From contig NC_085847.1 in assembly GCF_035594765.1 (NCBI RefSeq), positions 9,238,001 to 9,302,000 on the forward strand: a DNA stretch of 64,000 bases, read 5' to 3'. Each line of letters begins with the position of its first letter. Position 1 is the stretch's first letter. Below, piece by piece: positions 54,649-64,000 of this stretch. The translations under genes were made by a program, and so were the position numbers. The notes beneath the pieces were generated by a model that made no database searches, had not been told where the DNA came from, and saw nothing but the letters and a program-made list of their open reading frames with translations. The DNA comes from Anolis carolinensis (lineage: Eukaryota).

Positions 54649-55391
54649 CAGTAAAAGGAGGTGTTTCTCAAAAGTGTAAGACTGAAAGACTGGGAGATTA
54701 TTTTACATAATTAGTTTGATAATTAATAGCCCACCTTTCCTTTGAATGATGGATGTATTCTATGAAGAATTAAAGTGATTTACCTTGATTTACTATTGGA
54801 TGAATTCACTTTACACATTCCACCGGAGAAAATTGGCCATGCTTCTTCTAAGGGTGGGGATTATAGTCCAAGAGGGGCTAGAGTTTGCCAACATTTTCTA
54901 CGTACAGAAAGCTTCTCACTTTGTTAGCCTTTCCCAGCAGATCCTGTTGGGCCAAACCTCCCATGCCCAGTCCCAGCACTGATGGAATATCACTACTGGG
55001 GATGATGGGTAATGTAGTGTCATCTCTGAAACTCTGTTTATGCAAACTCAAATGGTGATATGGCCTGAGGGCTAATCAGTACAATTTATTTATTTAATTA
55101 TTATTATTAAAATAAAGACAACAATCTCTGAACCCCAAAGATGTAACTGGTAAGGCAGGAGAAAAGAACCCAGCGTTCTCTCAAATCTTTTGGATGGCAG
55201 TTGTCCGGAAGCAGTAGGGCTGGCTGTGCAGCCTGACTGGATTTGTAGTTGGCTGCTGGGGAGGCCCGGAACGTTTGTGCTGGGGCGGAACTCAAGTGTC
55301 GCGAGCCTTCCTTCCCAGCCGGCCCCTTTAAAGAGACGGACGCGTTGCTCGTGGAGCCCCTGAGGCGGCTTCTCCGCCGGAAGAGACGGCG

Positions 55392-63984
<8,593 letters not shown>

Positions 63985-64000
63985 GTGAGTGATGTTTGAG

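Overview
Vertebrate genomic DNA, most likely a squamate (probably Anolis, inferred from Sauria SINE, Penelope, R4 and hAT repeats). It carries the conserved gene block syntenic with human 12q24.31 and chicken chr15: KMT5A/SETD8 (+, 5' end outside the window), RILPL2 (-), SNRNP35 (+), RILPL1 (-, exon 4 runs into an N gap), TMED2 (+) and DDX55 (+, last exon outside the window). Exons were reconstructed by hand from splice sites and phase. Gene-level points of note are two GC-AG introns, a 21-nt TMED2 microexon, a hidden alternative last exon of RILPL1, and a probable antisense 3'-UTR overlap of SNRNP35 and RILPL1. Introns are dense nests of mobile elements, often next to (TAA)n tracts. These include R4/Dong-like retroelement ends, about 14 copies of an AT-rich element ending in an L2-like stem-loop, Tc1/mariner MITEs (some flanked by long host duplications), Helitrons with captured fragments, and Penelope LTR fragments carrying hammerhead ribozyme motifs. 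Most ORF-track entries are spurious. Family names come from recalled motifs, not database searches.
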